Below are positions 53,636 to 63,176 of a stretch of 64,000 bases of DNA, piece by piece. The stretch is from Frankiales bacterium (GTDB lineage Bacteria; Actinomycetota; Actinomycetes; Mycobacteriales; SCTD01). The position numbers and the translations under genes are program-made. Positions within the stretch are counted from its first letter, which is position 1, and the number at the start of each line of letters is the position of its first letter. The stretch covers positions 64,078-128,077 of the forward strand of contig JAOPVP010000035.1 in assembly GCA_025966135.1 (NCBI GenBank), given 5' to 3'. The notes under the pieces are model-generated. The model did no database searches. It was not told the DNA's origin and saw nothing but the letters and a program-made list of their open reading frames with translations.

Positions 53636-54622
53636 CTAGGCAGGAGGGCTGTCGAGGGTCCAGCCACGGACCGCGTCGCCGTACACCTGCGGGCTCTGCC
53701 GGCCGTAGGGCCGCTGCCGCAGGGTGATGGCCTGCGCGTAGTAGGCGGAGTACCGCAGGGCCTCGCCGACGGTCGTCGTGCCGTTGCGGTCGGCGTCGGC
53801 CTGGCCCTGCCCGAGGCTCACGTCGAACAGCAGCCCGGCCCACACCGACTCACCCCACTGCGGGTACTCATAGGACTTCTGCCAGACCTTCGAGCTGGTG
53901 GACACGAGCACCCGCGGGGACGGGAGGTTCTCGACGAACCCAGCAGACTCGCAGCCGGCCACGTCCACCCACAGCTTGCCTCGGCCGCGGTTCAAGACCG
54001 TCGCCATGTCGGTGTCAGGCACGAAGTCGCCGTCGTACGGCCAGAGCTTCTCGTGACCTCCCTCCTGCCGCACGTGCCCGGAGAAGTGGAACAGCGTGAA
54101 CGTGCCGGGGACGCTCTTGGCAGCCAGCCAGCTCAGTCCCTGCCGCACCGCGCCGCCGGTGGCCTGCTCGTTGGTGACCACCCGGATGTTCTGCGGCAGC
54201 CAGCCATGGGCGAGCAGCATGGACCGGATGAAGGCCACGTCGGCCGCGCCCGCGATGGTGTCGTGGGTGGGCTTGCGGTACCGGGTGACCCCCGCCAGGA
54301 AGGCGTAGCGCCGGGCCGGACCCGCGAAGGCCGACGGGACCAGGTCCTTCTGCGGGCCTGGCGGCGGACCGAGCGAAGCCTCGACCGGCAGCCCTGTCAG
54401 GGCGCGGGAGGCGACAGCCGGCTTGCTGGTCGGGCGCCTCACCACAGGCCTCGGCGAGGCGGTCACCGTCGGGACCGTCGTCACGACGGGCGTCTCGGCG
54501 TACGACGTGGTGGTCCGCGTGTCGATCACCCCCGTCACGACGACCGCGACACCCGCGACCATCACCAGCGAGGCGCACCAGGCGACGCCTTCGACCGCCC
54601 ACCCGGGCGTGCGACGCCTCAC
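53636..54622 (-). CDS. Membrane-anchored caspase-like (C13/C14) peptidase-fold protein
   Basis: N-terminal TM helix. Candidate catalytic His in FHFSGHV and candidate catalytic Cys in VDVAGCESAG. Confidence 0.6.
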   Translation of the reverse strand: MRRRTPGWAVEGVAWCASLVMVAGVAVVVTGVIDTRTTTSYAETPVVTTVPTVTASPRPVVRRPTSKPAVASRALTGLPVEASLGPPPGPQKDLVPSAFAGPARRYAFLAGVTRYRKPTHDTIAGAADVAFIRSMLLAHGWLPQNIRVVTNEQATGGAVRQGLSWLAAKSVPGTFTLFHFSGHVRQEGGHEKLWPYDGDFVPDTDMATVLNRGRGKLWVDVAGCESAGFVENLPSPRVLVSTSSKVWQKSYEYPQWGESVWAGLLFDVSLGQGQADADRNGTTTVGEALRYSAYYAQAITLRQRPYGRQSPQVYGDAVRGWTLDSPPA

Positions 54623-55791
54623 GCCCCGGGCGCCCGCGCGAGGGCACGTTCGAGGTCGGCCAGCAGGTCGTCGGCGCTCTCGATACCCACGCTCAGACGG
54701 ACCAGGTCGTCCGGCACCTCCAGCTGCGACCCCGCGACGCTGGCGTGCGTCATCCGGCCCGGGTGCTCGATGAGCGACTCGACCCCGCCGAGCGACTCGC
54801 CAAGGGTGAACACCTTCGTCCGACGGCAGACCTCGAGCGCCGCGGCCTCGCCGCCGACCAGCCGGAAGCTGACCATCCCCCCGTAGGCCTTCATCTGCTT
54901 GGTGGCGATGTCGTGCCCCGGATGGTCGGGCAGACCCGGGTACAGCACCTGGCTCACCTCCGCGCTCCTGCTCAACAGCTCCACGACGCGACCGGCGTTC
55001 TCGCAGTGCCGGTCCATCCGGACGCCGAGCGTCTTGATGCCGCGCAGCACCAGCCAGGAGTCAAAGGCGCCGGGGACGGAGCCCATGGCGTTTTGGTGGT
55101 AAGCCAGCTCCTCACCGAGGGCCGCGTCGGCGGTGACGAGGCCGCCACCCACGACGTCGCTGTGCCCACCGAGGTACTTCGTCGTGGAGTGCACCACCAC
55201 GTCCGCGCCGAGGGCCAACGGCTGCTGCAGGTACGGCGACGCGAACGTGTTGTCCACCACCAGCAGTGCCCCCGCATCGTGGGCGATCGTGGCCAGGGCT
55301 GCGATGTCAGCGATACCGAGCAGCGGGTTGGTGGGCGTCTCGCACCAGATCAGCCGCGTCTCTGGACGCACAGCAGCCCGTACGGCGTCCGGGTCGCCGA
55401 GCGCGACCGCCGTGTGTTCGACCCCCCATCGGCTAGCCACCCTGGCGAACAGCCGGTACGTCCCGCCGTAGGCATCCCCCGGCACGATCACGTGCGCCCC
55501 GGGTTGGAGGACCGTGCGCAGCAAGGTGTCCTCGGCCGCCAGACCGCTCGCGAACGCCAGGCCGGTCGCCCCTCCCTCGAGGGTGGCAAGGCACGTCTCG
55601 AGCGCAGTCCGGGTCGGGTTGCCGGAACGGCTGTACTCGTACCCCTTGTGCTGCCCGACCTCTTCCTGCACGTACGTCGACGTCTGGTAGATGGGCACCA
55701 CCACCGCCCCGGTCGTCGGGTCCGGGTCCTGACCCGCATGGATCGCCAGGGTGTCGAAGCCGTACTCGCCGGGGGTCCAATCACCGCTCAT
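54619..55791 (-). CDS. metB: Cystathionine gamma-synthase/gamma-lyase (PLP)
   Basis: ..YSRSGNPTR.. and PLP lysine in STTKYLGGHSD. The ATG at 55791 overlaps the upstream stop (ATGA). Confidence 0.9.
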   Translation of the reverse strand: MSGDWTPGEYGFDTLAIHAGQDPDPTTGAVVVPIYQTSTYVQEEVGQHKGYEYSRSGNPTRTALETCLATLEGGATGLAFASGLAAEDTLLRTVLQPGAHVIVPGDAYGGTYRLFARVASRWGVEHTAVALGDPDAVRAAVRPETRLIWCETPTNPLLGIADIAALATIAHDAGALLVVDNTFASPYLQQPLALGADVVVHSTTKYLGGHSDVVGGGLVTADAALGEELAYHQNAMGSVPGAFDSWLVLRGIKTLGVRMDRHCENAGRVVELLSRSAEVSQVLYPGLPDHPGHDIATKQMKAYGGMVSFRLVGGEAAALEVCRRTKVFTLGESLGGVESLIEHPGRMTHASVAGSQLEVPDDLVRLSVGIESADDLLADLERALARAPGA

Positions 55792-56606
55792 GCACCCACC
55801 GTACGGCGCTGCCTCCACCGGGCGAGGACTTCCGCGTGCACCGGATGGCAGCGCTCGACGTCATCGACGGTCACGACAGGCACCGCCTGCTCGAGGCCCG
55901 GGGGCACGACCTGGATGATGGCCGGCAGCTGCTCGACGACCCTGATCTGCACCGGGCCGAGCAGGCAGAAGCTCCAGTCCCGAAGGGCGGCCTGCAGCGT
56001 CTCCAGGTCCGCGTCCAGCCAGCCCATGAACACATCACCGCGCGGTGTCTGACCACGCACCTGCACCGCTCTGAGCCAGAACCGCAACGCCTCGTCCAGG
56101 ACGACCACGAGGCCGATGCCGAAGCCGCTGTCCACTGCCAACCCGTGCAGGCCCAACGCCGTAGCACCGTCGAAGGCCCACGTCACCGGTCCACGGCGCG
56201 GCGGCGGTCCTCCCAACCCCGGCCGCTGCGCGTCGGGGGCGTCGTCCAACGACGCCGCCAAAGCACGCAACCCGGTCAGGTCGAGCTCCGGGACTCCCGT
56301 GACCATCGCGTCGACCCTGGCGTCCACCTCGGCCATCAGCGGTTCCAGCACTGCCCGCAGCTGCACCCCACAGGCCGCCAGCAGCCGGTTCAGCGTCCTG
56401 ACGGTCGGGCTGGTGCGCCCACTCTCGTATGCGCTCAGGCTCCCCTGCGAGGTGCCTGCCTGGCGCGCGAGCTCTGTCTGGTTGAGCGCCGCCCGCTCGC
56501 GGGCCTGACGGAGAAGGTCACCTACGTCTACGCCGTCAGGGTGCCGCCTTCGACCACCGCCGCGGGCGAGCGCTGCAAGGCCTGTGGACGGGCCCTCCCA
56601 GCCCAC
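55788..56606 (-). CDS. XRE-family HTH protein with uncharacterised C-terminal domain
   Basis: LNQTELARQAGTSQGSLSAYESGRTSPTVRTLNRLLAACG. GTG at 56606; the start is uncertain. Confidence 0.7.
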   Translation of the reverse strand: MGWEGPSTGLAALARGGGRRRHPDGVDVGDLLRQARERAALNQTELARQAGTSQGSLSAYESGRTSPTVRTLNRLLAACGVQLRAVLEPLMAEVDARVDAMVTGVPELDLTGLRALAASLDDAPDAQRPGLGGPPPRRGPVTWAFDGATALGLHGLAVDSGFGIGLVVVLDEALRFWLRAVQVRGQTPRGDVFMGWLDADLETLQAALRDWSFCLLGPVQIRVVEQLPAIIQVVPPGLEQAVPVVTVDDVERCHPVHAEVLARWRQRRTVGA

Positions 56607-56634
56607 CGCGGGCGACTGCCCTCGCGCCCCCGCG

Positions 56635-56674
56635 CCATATCGGATTGCGGATAGTCATTCGCGATCCGATATGG
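56635..56674. promoter_or_regulatory. Long perfect inverted repeat between cbs and the XRE gene
   Basis: CCATATCGGAT-(18 nt)-ATCCGATATGG, with 11-bp perfect arms, in an AT-richer patch 29 nt upstream of the XRE start. Confidence 0.55.
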
Positions 56675-56786
56675 AGCCGTGCGGCAGAGACACCGCAGCG
56701 GGCAGCGGGACGCGTCCGTTGCGGGGAAAGGCCAGCGCTGCTGGAAGCCGTCCCGTGTGGATGGCGCGTGAGGTGCGGGAGATGCC

Positions 56787-58169
56787 TCAGTTGTGGGAGA
56801 GGAAGGCCAGCACGTCCTGGCGGGTGATGACCCCGGTGGGGCGGCCCTCGGCGACGACCACAGCAGCGTCGGCCTTCTCGAGCGCCACCATCGCAGCATG
56901 GACGGGCTCACCGGCACCCACCATCGGGAGCGGCGGGCCCATGTGCTGCGCGAGCGGGTCGGCGAGCTCCGCGCGACCGTTGAACAGCGCGTCGAGCAGG
57001 TCCCGGTCGTGGACCGCGCCGACGATCTCAGCCGTCATGACCGGTGGTTCCGCTCGGACCACCGGCATCTGGGAGACGCCGTACTCACGCAGGATGTCGA
57101 TGGCCTCGCGCACCGTCTCGTTCGGGTGCGTGTGGACGAACTCAGGAACGTCGCCGACCCCGCTGCCGGCCTTGCCACGCATCACGTCGCCGACCGTCTT
57201 CTCGCCGTCATCGGACGACAGGAAGCCGTAGTCGGCCATCCAGTCGTCGTTGAAGATCTTCGACAGGTAGCCCTTGCCGCTGTCGGGCAGCAGAACGACC
57301 ACGACATCGTCCGGCCCGGCAGCGCGCGCCACCTCGAGGGCGGCGACCACGGCCATGCCGCAGGAGCCGCCGACCAACAAGCCCTCCTCGCGGGCCAGTC
57401 GGCGGGTCATCGCGAAGGAGTCCCGATCCGACACCGCGATGACCTCGTCTGGCACGGCGGGGTCGTAGGTCACGGGCCAGAAGTCCTCACCGACACCCTC
57501 GACGAGGTAGGGCCGTCCGCTGCCGCCGGAGTAGACCGACCCGACCGGGTCGGCGCCGACGACGCGGACCCGTCCGGAGGAGACTTCCTTGAGATAGCGG
57601 CCGGTGCCACCGATCGTGCCGCCGGTACCCATGCCGGCCACGAAGTGCGTGATCCGCCCGTCGGTCTGGGTCCACAGCTCCGGGCCCGTGGTCTCGTAGT
57701 GGGACCGCGGGTTGGCGGGGTTGGAGTACTGGTCGGGCTTCCAGGCACCGGGGATCTCCTTGGAGAGCCGGTCGGACACTGAGTAGTAGGAGCGCGGGTC
57801 CTCAGGGTCCACGGCGGTGGGGCAGACCTCGACGCGAGCGCCGTACGCCCTGAGGACGTCAATCTTGTCGCGGGCCACCTTGTCAGGGCAGACGAACACA
57901 CACTGGTAGCCACGGCTCTGGGCCACGATCGCCAGTCCGACACCGGTGTTGCCGCTCGTGGGCTCGACGATGGTGCCGCCGGGCTTGAGGGCGCCGGAGG
58001 CCTCGGCATCCTCGATCATCCGCAGGGCGATCCGGTCCTTCACCGACCCGCCGGGATTGAAGTACTCGACCTTCGCCAGCACGGTGGCGGCGATGCCGCG
58101 TGTGACGCTGTTGAGGCGGACGAGGGGCGTGTTGCCCACCAGGTCGATGAGCGAGTTGGCGACCTGCAC
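56787..58169 (-). CDS. cbs: Cystathionine beta-synthase (PLP domain plus CBS pair)
   Basis: ..NPGGSVKDR.., TSGNTGVGLA and a C-terminal CBS pair. GTG at 58169 follows GGAGGGA. Confidence 0.9.
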   Translation of the reverse strand: MQVANSLIDLVGNTPLVRLNSVTRGIAATVLAKVEYFNPGGSVKDRIALRMIEDAEASGALKPGGTIVEPTSGNTGVGLAIVAQSRGYQCVFVCPDKVARDKIDVLRAYGARVEVCPTAVDPEDPRSYYSVSDRLSKEIPGAWKPDQYSNPANPRSHYETTGPELWTQTDGRITHFVAGMGTGGTIGGTGRYLKEVSSGRVRVVGADPVGSVYSGGSGRPYLVEGVGEDFWPVTYDPAVPDEVIAVSDRDSFAMTRRLAREEGLLVGGSCGMAVVAALEVARAAGPDDVVVVLLPDSGKGYLSKIFNDDWMADYGFLSSDDGEKTVGDVMRGKAGSGVGDVPEFVHTHPNETVREAIDILREYGVSQMPVVRAEPPVMTAEIVGAVHDRDLLDALFNGRAELADPLAQHMGPPLPMVGAGEPVHAAMVALEKADAAVVVAEGRPTGVITRQDVLAFLSHN

Positions 58170-58289
58170 CGGGGGTCCCTCCGACGGCAAGTCCGGCAGG
58201 GGTGGGCCGGACCGGGCCAGCGTATGCCGGGTTAGTGTCACCTACCGAGCGGTAACAGCCCGGTGCGCTTTCGAGGGAAGGAGGGAACC

Positions 58290-58988
58290 GTGGCAGCGAT
58301 CGAGCTGGCAACCGGAGTGTGGCGGATCCCGACGGCGCCGTTCGACCTGGTGAACTCCTTCCTGTTCACCAACAGCGACGGCTCCTTGACGCTCGTCGAT
58401 GCTGGGCTCAAGAACGCGCACAAGAAGGTTCTGGGGGCCCTCGAGGGGCTCCGCCGTGCCCCGCAGGACGTCACCCGGATCGTCATGACGCACTCCCACA
58501 GCGACCACGCCGGCGGACTGGCGGGCACGGTGGCAGCCACCGGCGCCACGGTGGCCGCCCACGACCGCGACGTGGTGTACCTGCGCGAGGGACGGCTGCC
58601 CGCGACCGACCCCTCCCGCTGGCAGGGCCGCGTGTTCGGCAGGCTGCCGTTCCGCGGGTTTGCCAAGGTCGAGGTCGCCGAGAGTTTCATGGACGGCGCC
58701 CTGCTCGAAGGCGGCATCCGGGTCGTTCACACACCAGGGCACTCTCCGGGCCACTGCTCGCTACTGCACGAGCAGTCGGGCGTGCTCATCACGGGGGACG
58801 CCCTCTTCAACGTCCGCGGACTGCGGTACTCCCCCAAGACCTTCTGCACGGACGTCCGCCTGTCCCGTGAGACGGCGCAGGTGCTGGGCGAGCTCGACTA
58901 CGAGACCGCCGCTTTCACGCATGGCGCACACGTCAGCCGGGGAGCCCGCGACGCGGTGCGCGCCTTCCTGGCGGGGAGGCCGTCGTGA
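58290..58988 (+). CDS. MBL-fold metallo-hydrolase
   Basis: THSHSDHAGG motif. GTG at 58290 follows GGAAGGAGGGAA. Confidence 0.85.
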   Translation: MAAIELATGVWRIPTAPFDLVNSFLFTNSDGSLTLVDAGLKNAHKKVLGALEGLRRAPQDVTRIVMTHSHSDHAGGLAGTVAATGATVAAHDRDVVYLREGRLPATDPSRWQGRVFGRLPFRGFAKVEVAESFMDGALLEGGIRVVHTPGHSPGHCSLLHEQSGVLITGDALFNVRGLRYSPKTFCTDVRLSRETAQVLGELDYETAAFTHGAHVSRGARDAVRAFLAGRPS

Positions 58989-60031
58989 GGGTGCAACGGC
59001 CCGGTCGACGGGCCGCCTGGGTCGCCATCAAGAGCGCGTACGGCGGCGGCATGATCGGGGCTCTCGGGGCGCTCGGGTACGGCCTCATCCGCGCCGAGGC
59101 TGGCATGGCTCGAAGAACCATCGGCGAGCCGAACGAGACCCCTCCCGACCCCACGGGTGTCTACGGCCGTTACCTCGGGCCGTCCCTACGGTTGGTGATG
59201 ATCGGCGACTCGAGTTCCGTCGGCCTGGGCTGCGACACCCCGGACCAGACTCCGGGGGCGCTGCTCGCCGGTGGTGTCGCCCGTGACCTCAAGCGCCGGG
59301 TGCGCCTTGACGTGGTGGGGGCCGTCGGGGGGCGCTCCGCCGACCTCGACGTCCAAGTCGCCAAAGCCCTGCAGAACAGGGTCGACCTCGCCGTCATCAT
59401 GATCGGCGCCAACGACGTGACCCACCGCGTTCTGCCTGGCGACGCCGCGCGGGACCTCGGCCGGGCCGTCCGGACCCTCCGGGCCGCCGGCGCGATCGTG
59501 GTCGTGGGCACCTGTCCTGACCTCGGCACCGTCCAGCCACTGCTCGAGCCGCTTCGGTCCGTGGCCGCGTTCTGGAGCCGCCGTCTCGCGGCTGCCCAAG
59601 CGGTGTCGGTGGTGGAGCACGACGGCATCGCCGTGACCCTGAGCAGCCTGCTGGCGCAGGAGTTCGCCGAGCACCCGCACCTGTGGAGCGCCGACCGCTT
59701 CCACCCCTCACCGATGGGGTACCGGCGAGTGGCCGACGCCCTGCTGCCGAGCCTGCTCGAGGCCAGCGGGGTCGAGATCCCGGTCAGCGTGCCCGTCAGC
59801 AGCAGCGTGCAGGACGTCAAGATCGCCGCTGCTGTCGCCGCCCGCGAGCCGGGTGTCGCCGTGGAGACGCTCCCCGGCGAGGAGGGCATCGCCGCCGCCG
59901 GCCCGGGACGCCTCGCGCGCCTCGTGCGCCGGCTCCCGCTGGTCGGTCGCGGGGAGCCCGACCGTCGCGAGAGCGACGAGGACCGCGGTCCCCAGGAGGG
60001 CGCCGTACAGGAAGAGTTACCGTCGAGTTAG
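58985..60031 (+). CDS. SGNH/GDSL hydrolase with N-terminal membrane anchor
   Basis: VMIGDSSSVG (block I) and IGANDV (block III). GTGA overlap with the MBL gene. Confidence 0.8.
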   Translation: MRVQRPGRRAAWVAIKSAYGGGMIGALGALGYGLIRAEAGMARRTIGEPNETPPDPTGVYGRYLGPSLRLVMIGDSSSVGLGCDTPDQTPGALLAGGVARDLKRRVRLDVVGAVGGRSADLDVQVAKALQNRVDLAVIMIGANDVTHRVLPGDAARDLGRAVRTLRAAGAIVVVGTCPDLGTVQPLLEPLRSVAAFWSRRLAAAQAVSVVEHDGIAVTLSSLLAQEFAEHPHLWSADRFHPSPMGYRRVADALLPSLLEASGVEIPVSVPVSSSVQDVKIAAAVAAREPGVAVETLPGEEGIAAAGPGRLARLVRRLPLVGRGEPDRRESDEDRGPQEGAVQEELPSS

Positions 60032-60069
60032 CGTTGAACTGAATCTCATTCTAATTTCGAGGAGCACGC

Positions 60070-61287
60070 ATGCCAGAGGCAGTGATCGTCTCTACCGCTC
60101 GTACGCCCATCGGGCGCGCCTTCAAGGGTTCGATGACCGGCTTCCGACCGGACGAGCTGGCGGCCACCGCCGTACAAGCTGCGCTGGACAAGGTGCCGGC
60201 GCTGTCGGTCACAGACATCGACGACCTGATGGTGGGCTGCGGGCAGCCCGCCGGCGAGGCCGGCTTCAACATCGGTCGCGCGGTCGCCGTGCGGCTCGGC
60301 TACGACAGCCTGCCGGGCACGACGGTCAACCGGTACTGCTCCTCGTCGCTGCAGACCACCCGGATGGCCTTCCACGCCATCAGGTCCGGTGAGGGCACGG
60401 CGTTCATCTCGGCCGGCGTCGAGGCCGTCTCCCGGTTCGGCAACGGCATGAGCGACGTGGGCGATGCCAAGAACCCGTTCTTCGACGAGGCCGGGGTGCG
60501 CTCGGCGCAGGCCGCCGCCGGCGGCGTCACGACGTGGAGCGATCCCCGCGAGAGCGGCCTGATCCCCGACGTCTACATCGCCATGGGCGAGACGGCCGAG
60601 AACGTCGCCCGCTGGAAGAACGTCTCGCGCGCGGAGATGGACGAGTTCGCGACCCGCTCGCAGAACCTCGCCGAGAAGGCCATCGCCAACGGCTTCTGGG
60701 AGCGCGAGATCACTTCGATCACGGCGGCGGACGGCACCGTCATCAGCGCCGACGACTGCCCCCGCCCGGGCGTCACGGTCGAGGGCATGTCCGGCCTCAA
60801 GCCCGTGTTCCGCCCGGACGGCCTGGTCACCGCCGGCAACGCCTGCCCGCTCAACGACGGCGCCGCGGCGGTCGTCATCATGAGCGACGCCAAGGCCCGG
60901 GAGCTCGGCCTGACTCCGCTCGCCCGCATCGTCTCCACCGCGGTCACCGGCCTCTCGCCGGAGATCATGGGCTACGGCCCGGCCGAGGCCATCAAGCTGG
61001 CCCTCAAGCGAGCCGGCAAGACGGTGGACGACATCGACCTGTACGAGATCAACGAGGCCTTCGCGGCCCAGGTCATCCCGTCGTACAAGGACGTGGGCAT
61101 CGACCTCGACAAGCTGAACGTGCACGGTGGCGCCATCGCCGTCGGCCACCCGTTCGGCATGACCGGCGCGCGCATCACCGGCACGCTGATCAACGGCCTG
61201 CAGTCCCTCGACAAGCAGTTCGGGGTCGAGTCCATGTGCGTCGGCGGCGGCATGGGCATGGCGATGGTCATCGAGCGCCTGAGCTAA
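60070..61287 (+). CDS. Acetyl-CoA C-acyltransferase (thiolase)
   Basis: NRYCSSSLQ (active-site Cys), GHPFGMTG and CVGGGMG. RBS GAGGAG. Confidence 0.95.
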   Translation: MPEAVIVSTARTPIGRAFKGSMTGFRPDELAATAVQAALDKVPALSVTDIDDLMVGCGQPAGEAGFNIGRAVAVRLGYDSLPGTTVNRYCSSSLQTTRMAFHAIRSGEGTAFISAGVEAVSRFGNGMSDVGDAKNPFFDEAGVRSAQAAAGGVTTWSDPRESGLIPDVYIAMGETAENVARWKNVSRAEMDEFATRSQNLAEKAIANGFWEREITSITAADGTVISADDCPRPGVTVEGMSGLKPVFRPDGLVTAGNACPLNDGAAAVVIMSDAKARELGLTPLARIVSTAVTGLSPEIMGYGPAEAIKLALKRAGKTVDDIDLYEINEAFAAQVIPSYKDVGIDLDKLNVHGGAIAVGHPFGMTGARITGTLINGLQSLDKQFGVESMCVGGGMGMAMVIERLS

Positions 61288-61303
61288 GCGCACCTGTACG
61301 ACG

Positions 61304-61332
61304 ACGGCCGGCCTCCCTGTGAGGCCGGCCGT
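61304..61332. terminator. Bidirectional intrinsic-terminator-like hairpin between thiolase and a convergent gene
   Basis: ACGGCCGGCCTC-CCTGT-GAGGCCGGCCGT, a perfect 12-bp stem, followed by TCGCTTTGG. Confidence 0.7.
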
Positions 61333-61342
61333 TCGCTTTGGA

Positions 61343-61753
61343 TCAGCGGTCAGGCAGCGGAGTGCAGACCGCGCGGCCGTGAACGAGCGCCTGGAAGCCG
61401 CCCAGGCTGACCGGCGGCACGTCGCCGAGCAGGTCGTGGCGGTGCGCCAGCAGGTGGTCCACGGCGTCGCGGCAGACCTCGTCTGCAGGCGAGCAGCGGA
61501 CCAGGTCGTCGCCGGTGACGGCGAGCTGGTCGGCGACGAGCAGGTCGGGCTGCAGGACGGGGAGCGGCCGGCGCGGCCGGCCCTCGAGATCTGCGGCCGT
61601 GTCGGCCCATCGCTGTGCGAGGTGCCGGCCGAGGTCGGCACGGGTACCCCAGGGGTCCGCGGCAGCGGCCCAGCGCGCGGGGGTCCAGAGCCGCAGCCGC
61701 TGGACGAACGCACCGACCTCCTTCGCCAGCAGCTGCTGCGTATCCGAAGGCAC
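61343..61753 (-). CDS. Hypothetical protein (136 aa)
   Basis: ORF with plausible composition, ending at the shared terminator. No motif recognised. Confidence 0.5.
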   Translation of the reverse strand: MPSDTQQLLAKEVGAFVQRLRLWTPARWAAAADPWGTRADLGRHLAQRWADTAADLEGRPRRPLPVLQPDLLVADQLAVTGDDLVRCSPADEVCRDAVDHLLAHRHDLLGDVPPVSLGGFQALVHGRAVCTPLPDR

Positions 61754-61796
61754 CGGCGAAGGTTAGCGTCGGCCCGTGGCACGAAGGAGCGCGCTC

Positions 61797-63170
61797 ATGA
61801 GCTGCCTGCTGATGGTCGCTGCCTGCAGCTCACCAGCCGCGCCGCTGAGCCTTCCGGCAAGCCCGTCGTCGGGCACTCCCACGAGCAGCACCGCTGCCCC
61901 GCAGCCGGGAACCGCCACCCGCGCGCCGGTCGTCTCGGCCGACTGCTCGTCGTACCGGGCTCCGGACCCGCACCGACCGGTGCTCACCGCCGACGTGACC
62001 GTCACCGGTCGGAGCGTGACCGGGACCGAGCGGGTCGTGTTCACCCCGGACAGGACGGTGACCGAGCTGGTGTTCCGGCTGTGGGCCTCCTCGCCTCGAC
62101 CGCGCGCGGCCGGTGGCTCGAGCACCCTGACCTCGGTGGCCGTCGACGGCGCCACGCGAACGTTCAGTCGGCCCGTGCCGACGCTGGTCCGGATCCCCTG
62201 GCGTGGCGTGATTGGTCGGCCGGTCACCATCGACCTGGGCTTCGGGCTGGTGCTGCCGCGAGGTGCCGACGATCGCTTCGGCAACCGCGGGACGACGTCG
62301 TGGTTCGCCAGCGGGATGCCGCTGCTGGCCTGGGAGCGCGGCCGCGGGTGGGCCACCGAGCCGGCGACCTCGGCGTTCGCCGAGGCCAGCACCAGCGAGG
62401 AGATGCGCCTCGCGAGGCTCACCATCCATCACGCCGCCGGCCTGACGGCGGTCGCCACCGGGAGCGTGGTGTCGGAGGACGCGACGACGACGGTCACGTC
62501 GGCACCCACGATCCGTGACGTGGCCGTGGCCGTGGGGGCGTTCCGGACGGTCACGTTGCCCGGCCCGGTGCCGGTCCTGGTGGCCGTGGCCCCGCAGGTC
62601 AAGGACGACCCGAAGGTCGTGGCCCGTGAGGTGGTGCGCGCGACGCGGGTTCACGTGGCCCGCTTCGGGCCGTTCCCCTACGGCCGCCTGGTGGTGGCGG
62701 TGCTTCCTGATATCCACGGCGGGATCGAGTACCCCGGCGCGATCCTGCTCGGAACCGGGCAGGACAAGGACGCCACCGTGAGCCACGAGGTGGCCCACCA
62801 GTGGTTCTACGGGCTGGTCGGTGATGACCAGGCCCGCGACCCCTGGTTGGACGAGGCGTTCGCGACCTACGCGGAGGCACTGGACCGTGGGACCGGCGAC
62901 CGTTATCGGTCGGCCGTCGTCCCCGTCGACGGAGTGGGTCGTGCCGGGCGGCCGATGACCTACTGGGAGGGGCGACGGTCGTACTTCCGGTCCGTCTACG
63001 TCCAGGGCGCCGCAGCCCTCCTGCGGGCGCGGGCCGCCGCGCCAGCAGCGTTCGACAGCCAGGTGCGCTGCTACGTGGCCCGCAGCGCGCACCGGATCGC
63101 GACGCCCGCGGACGTGGCCTCCGCGATGCCGTTGGCCGTTCCGGCGCTGCGGCGTGCCGGGGCCCTCTGA
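61797..63170 (+). CDS. M1-type (gluzincin) metallopeptidase lipoprotein
   Basis: HEVAHQWFYGLVGDDQARDPWLDEAFATY (HExxH-18-E). Lipobox MVAAC. ATG at 61797 follows GAAGGAG. Confidence 0.8.
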   Translation: MSCLLMVAACSSPAAPLSLPASPSSGTPTSSTAAPQPGTATRAPVVSADCSSYRAPDPHRPVLTADVTVTGRSVTGTERVVFTPDRTVTELVFRLWASSPRPRAAGGSSTLTSVAVDGATRTFSRPVPTLVRIPWRGVIGRPVTIDLGFGLVLPRGADDRFGNRGTTSWFASGMPLLAWERGRGWATEPATSAFAEASTSEEMRLARLTIHHAAGLTAVATGSVVSEDATTTVTSAPTIRDVAVAVGAFRTVTLPGPVPVLVAVAPQVKDDPKVVAREVVRATRVHVARFGPFPYGRLVVAVLPDIHGGIEYPGAILLGTGQDKDATVSHEVAHQWFYGLVGDDQARDPWLDEAFATYAEALDRGTGDRYRSAVVPVDGVGRAGRPMTYWEGRRSYFRSVYVQGAAALLRARAAAPAAFDSQVRCYVARSAHRIATPADVASAMPLAVPALRRAGAL

Positions 63171-63176
63171 CGAGTC

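Noticed and set aside
60034-60069. AT-rich stretch with TTGAAC and TAATTT before the thiolase gene as a sigma-70-type promoter
   Set aside because: The spacer between the two hexamers is only 12 nt. The GAAT-CTC-ATTC mini-palindrome has only 4-bp arms. Neither is supportable without TSS data.
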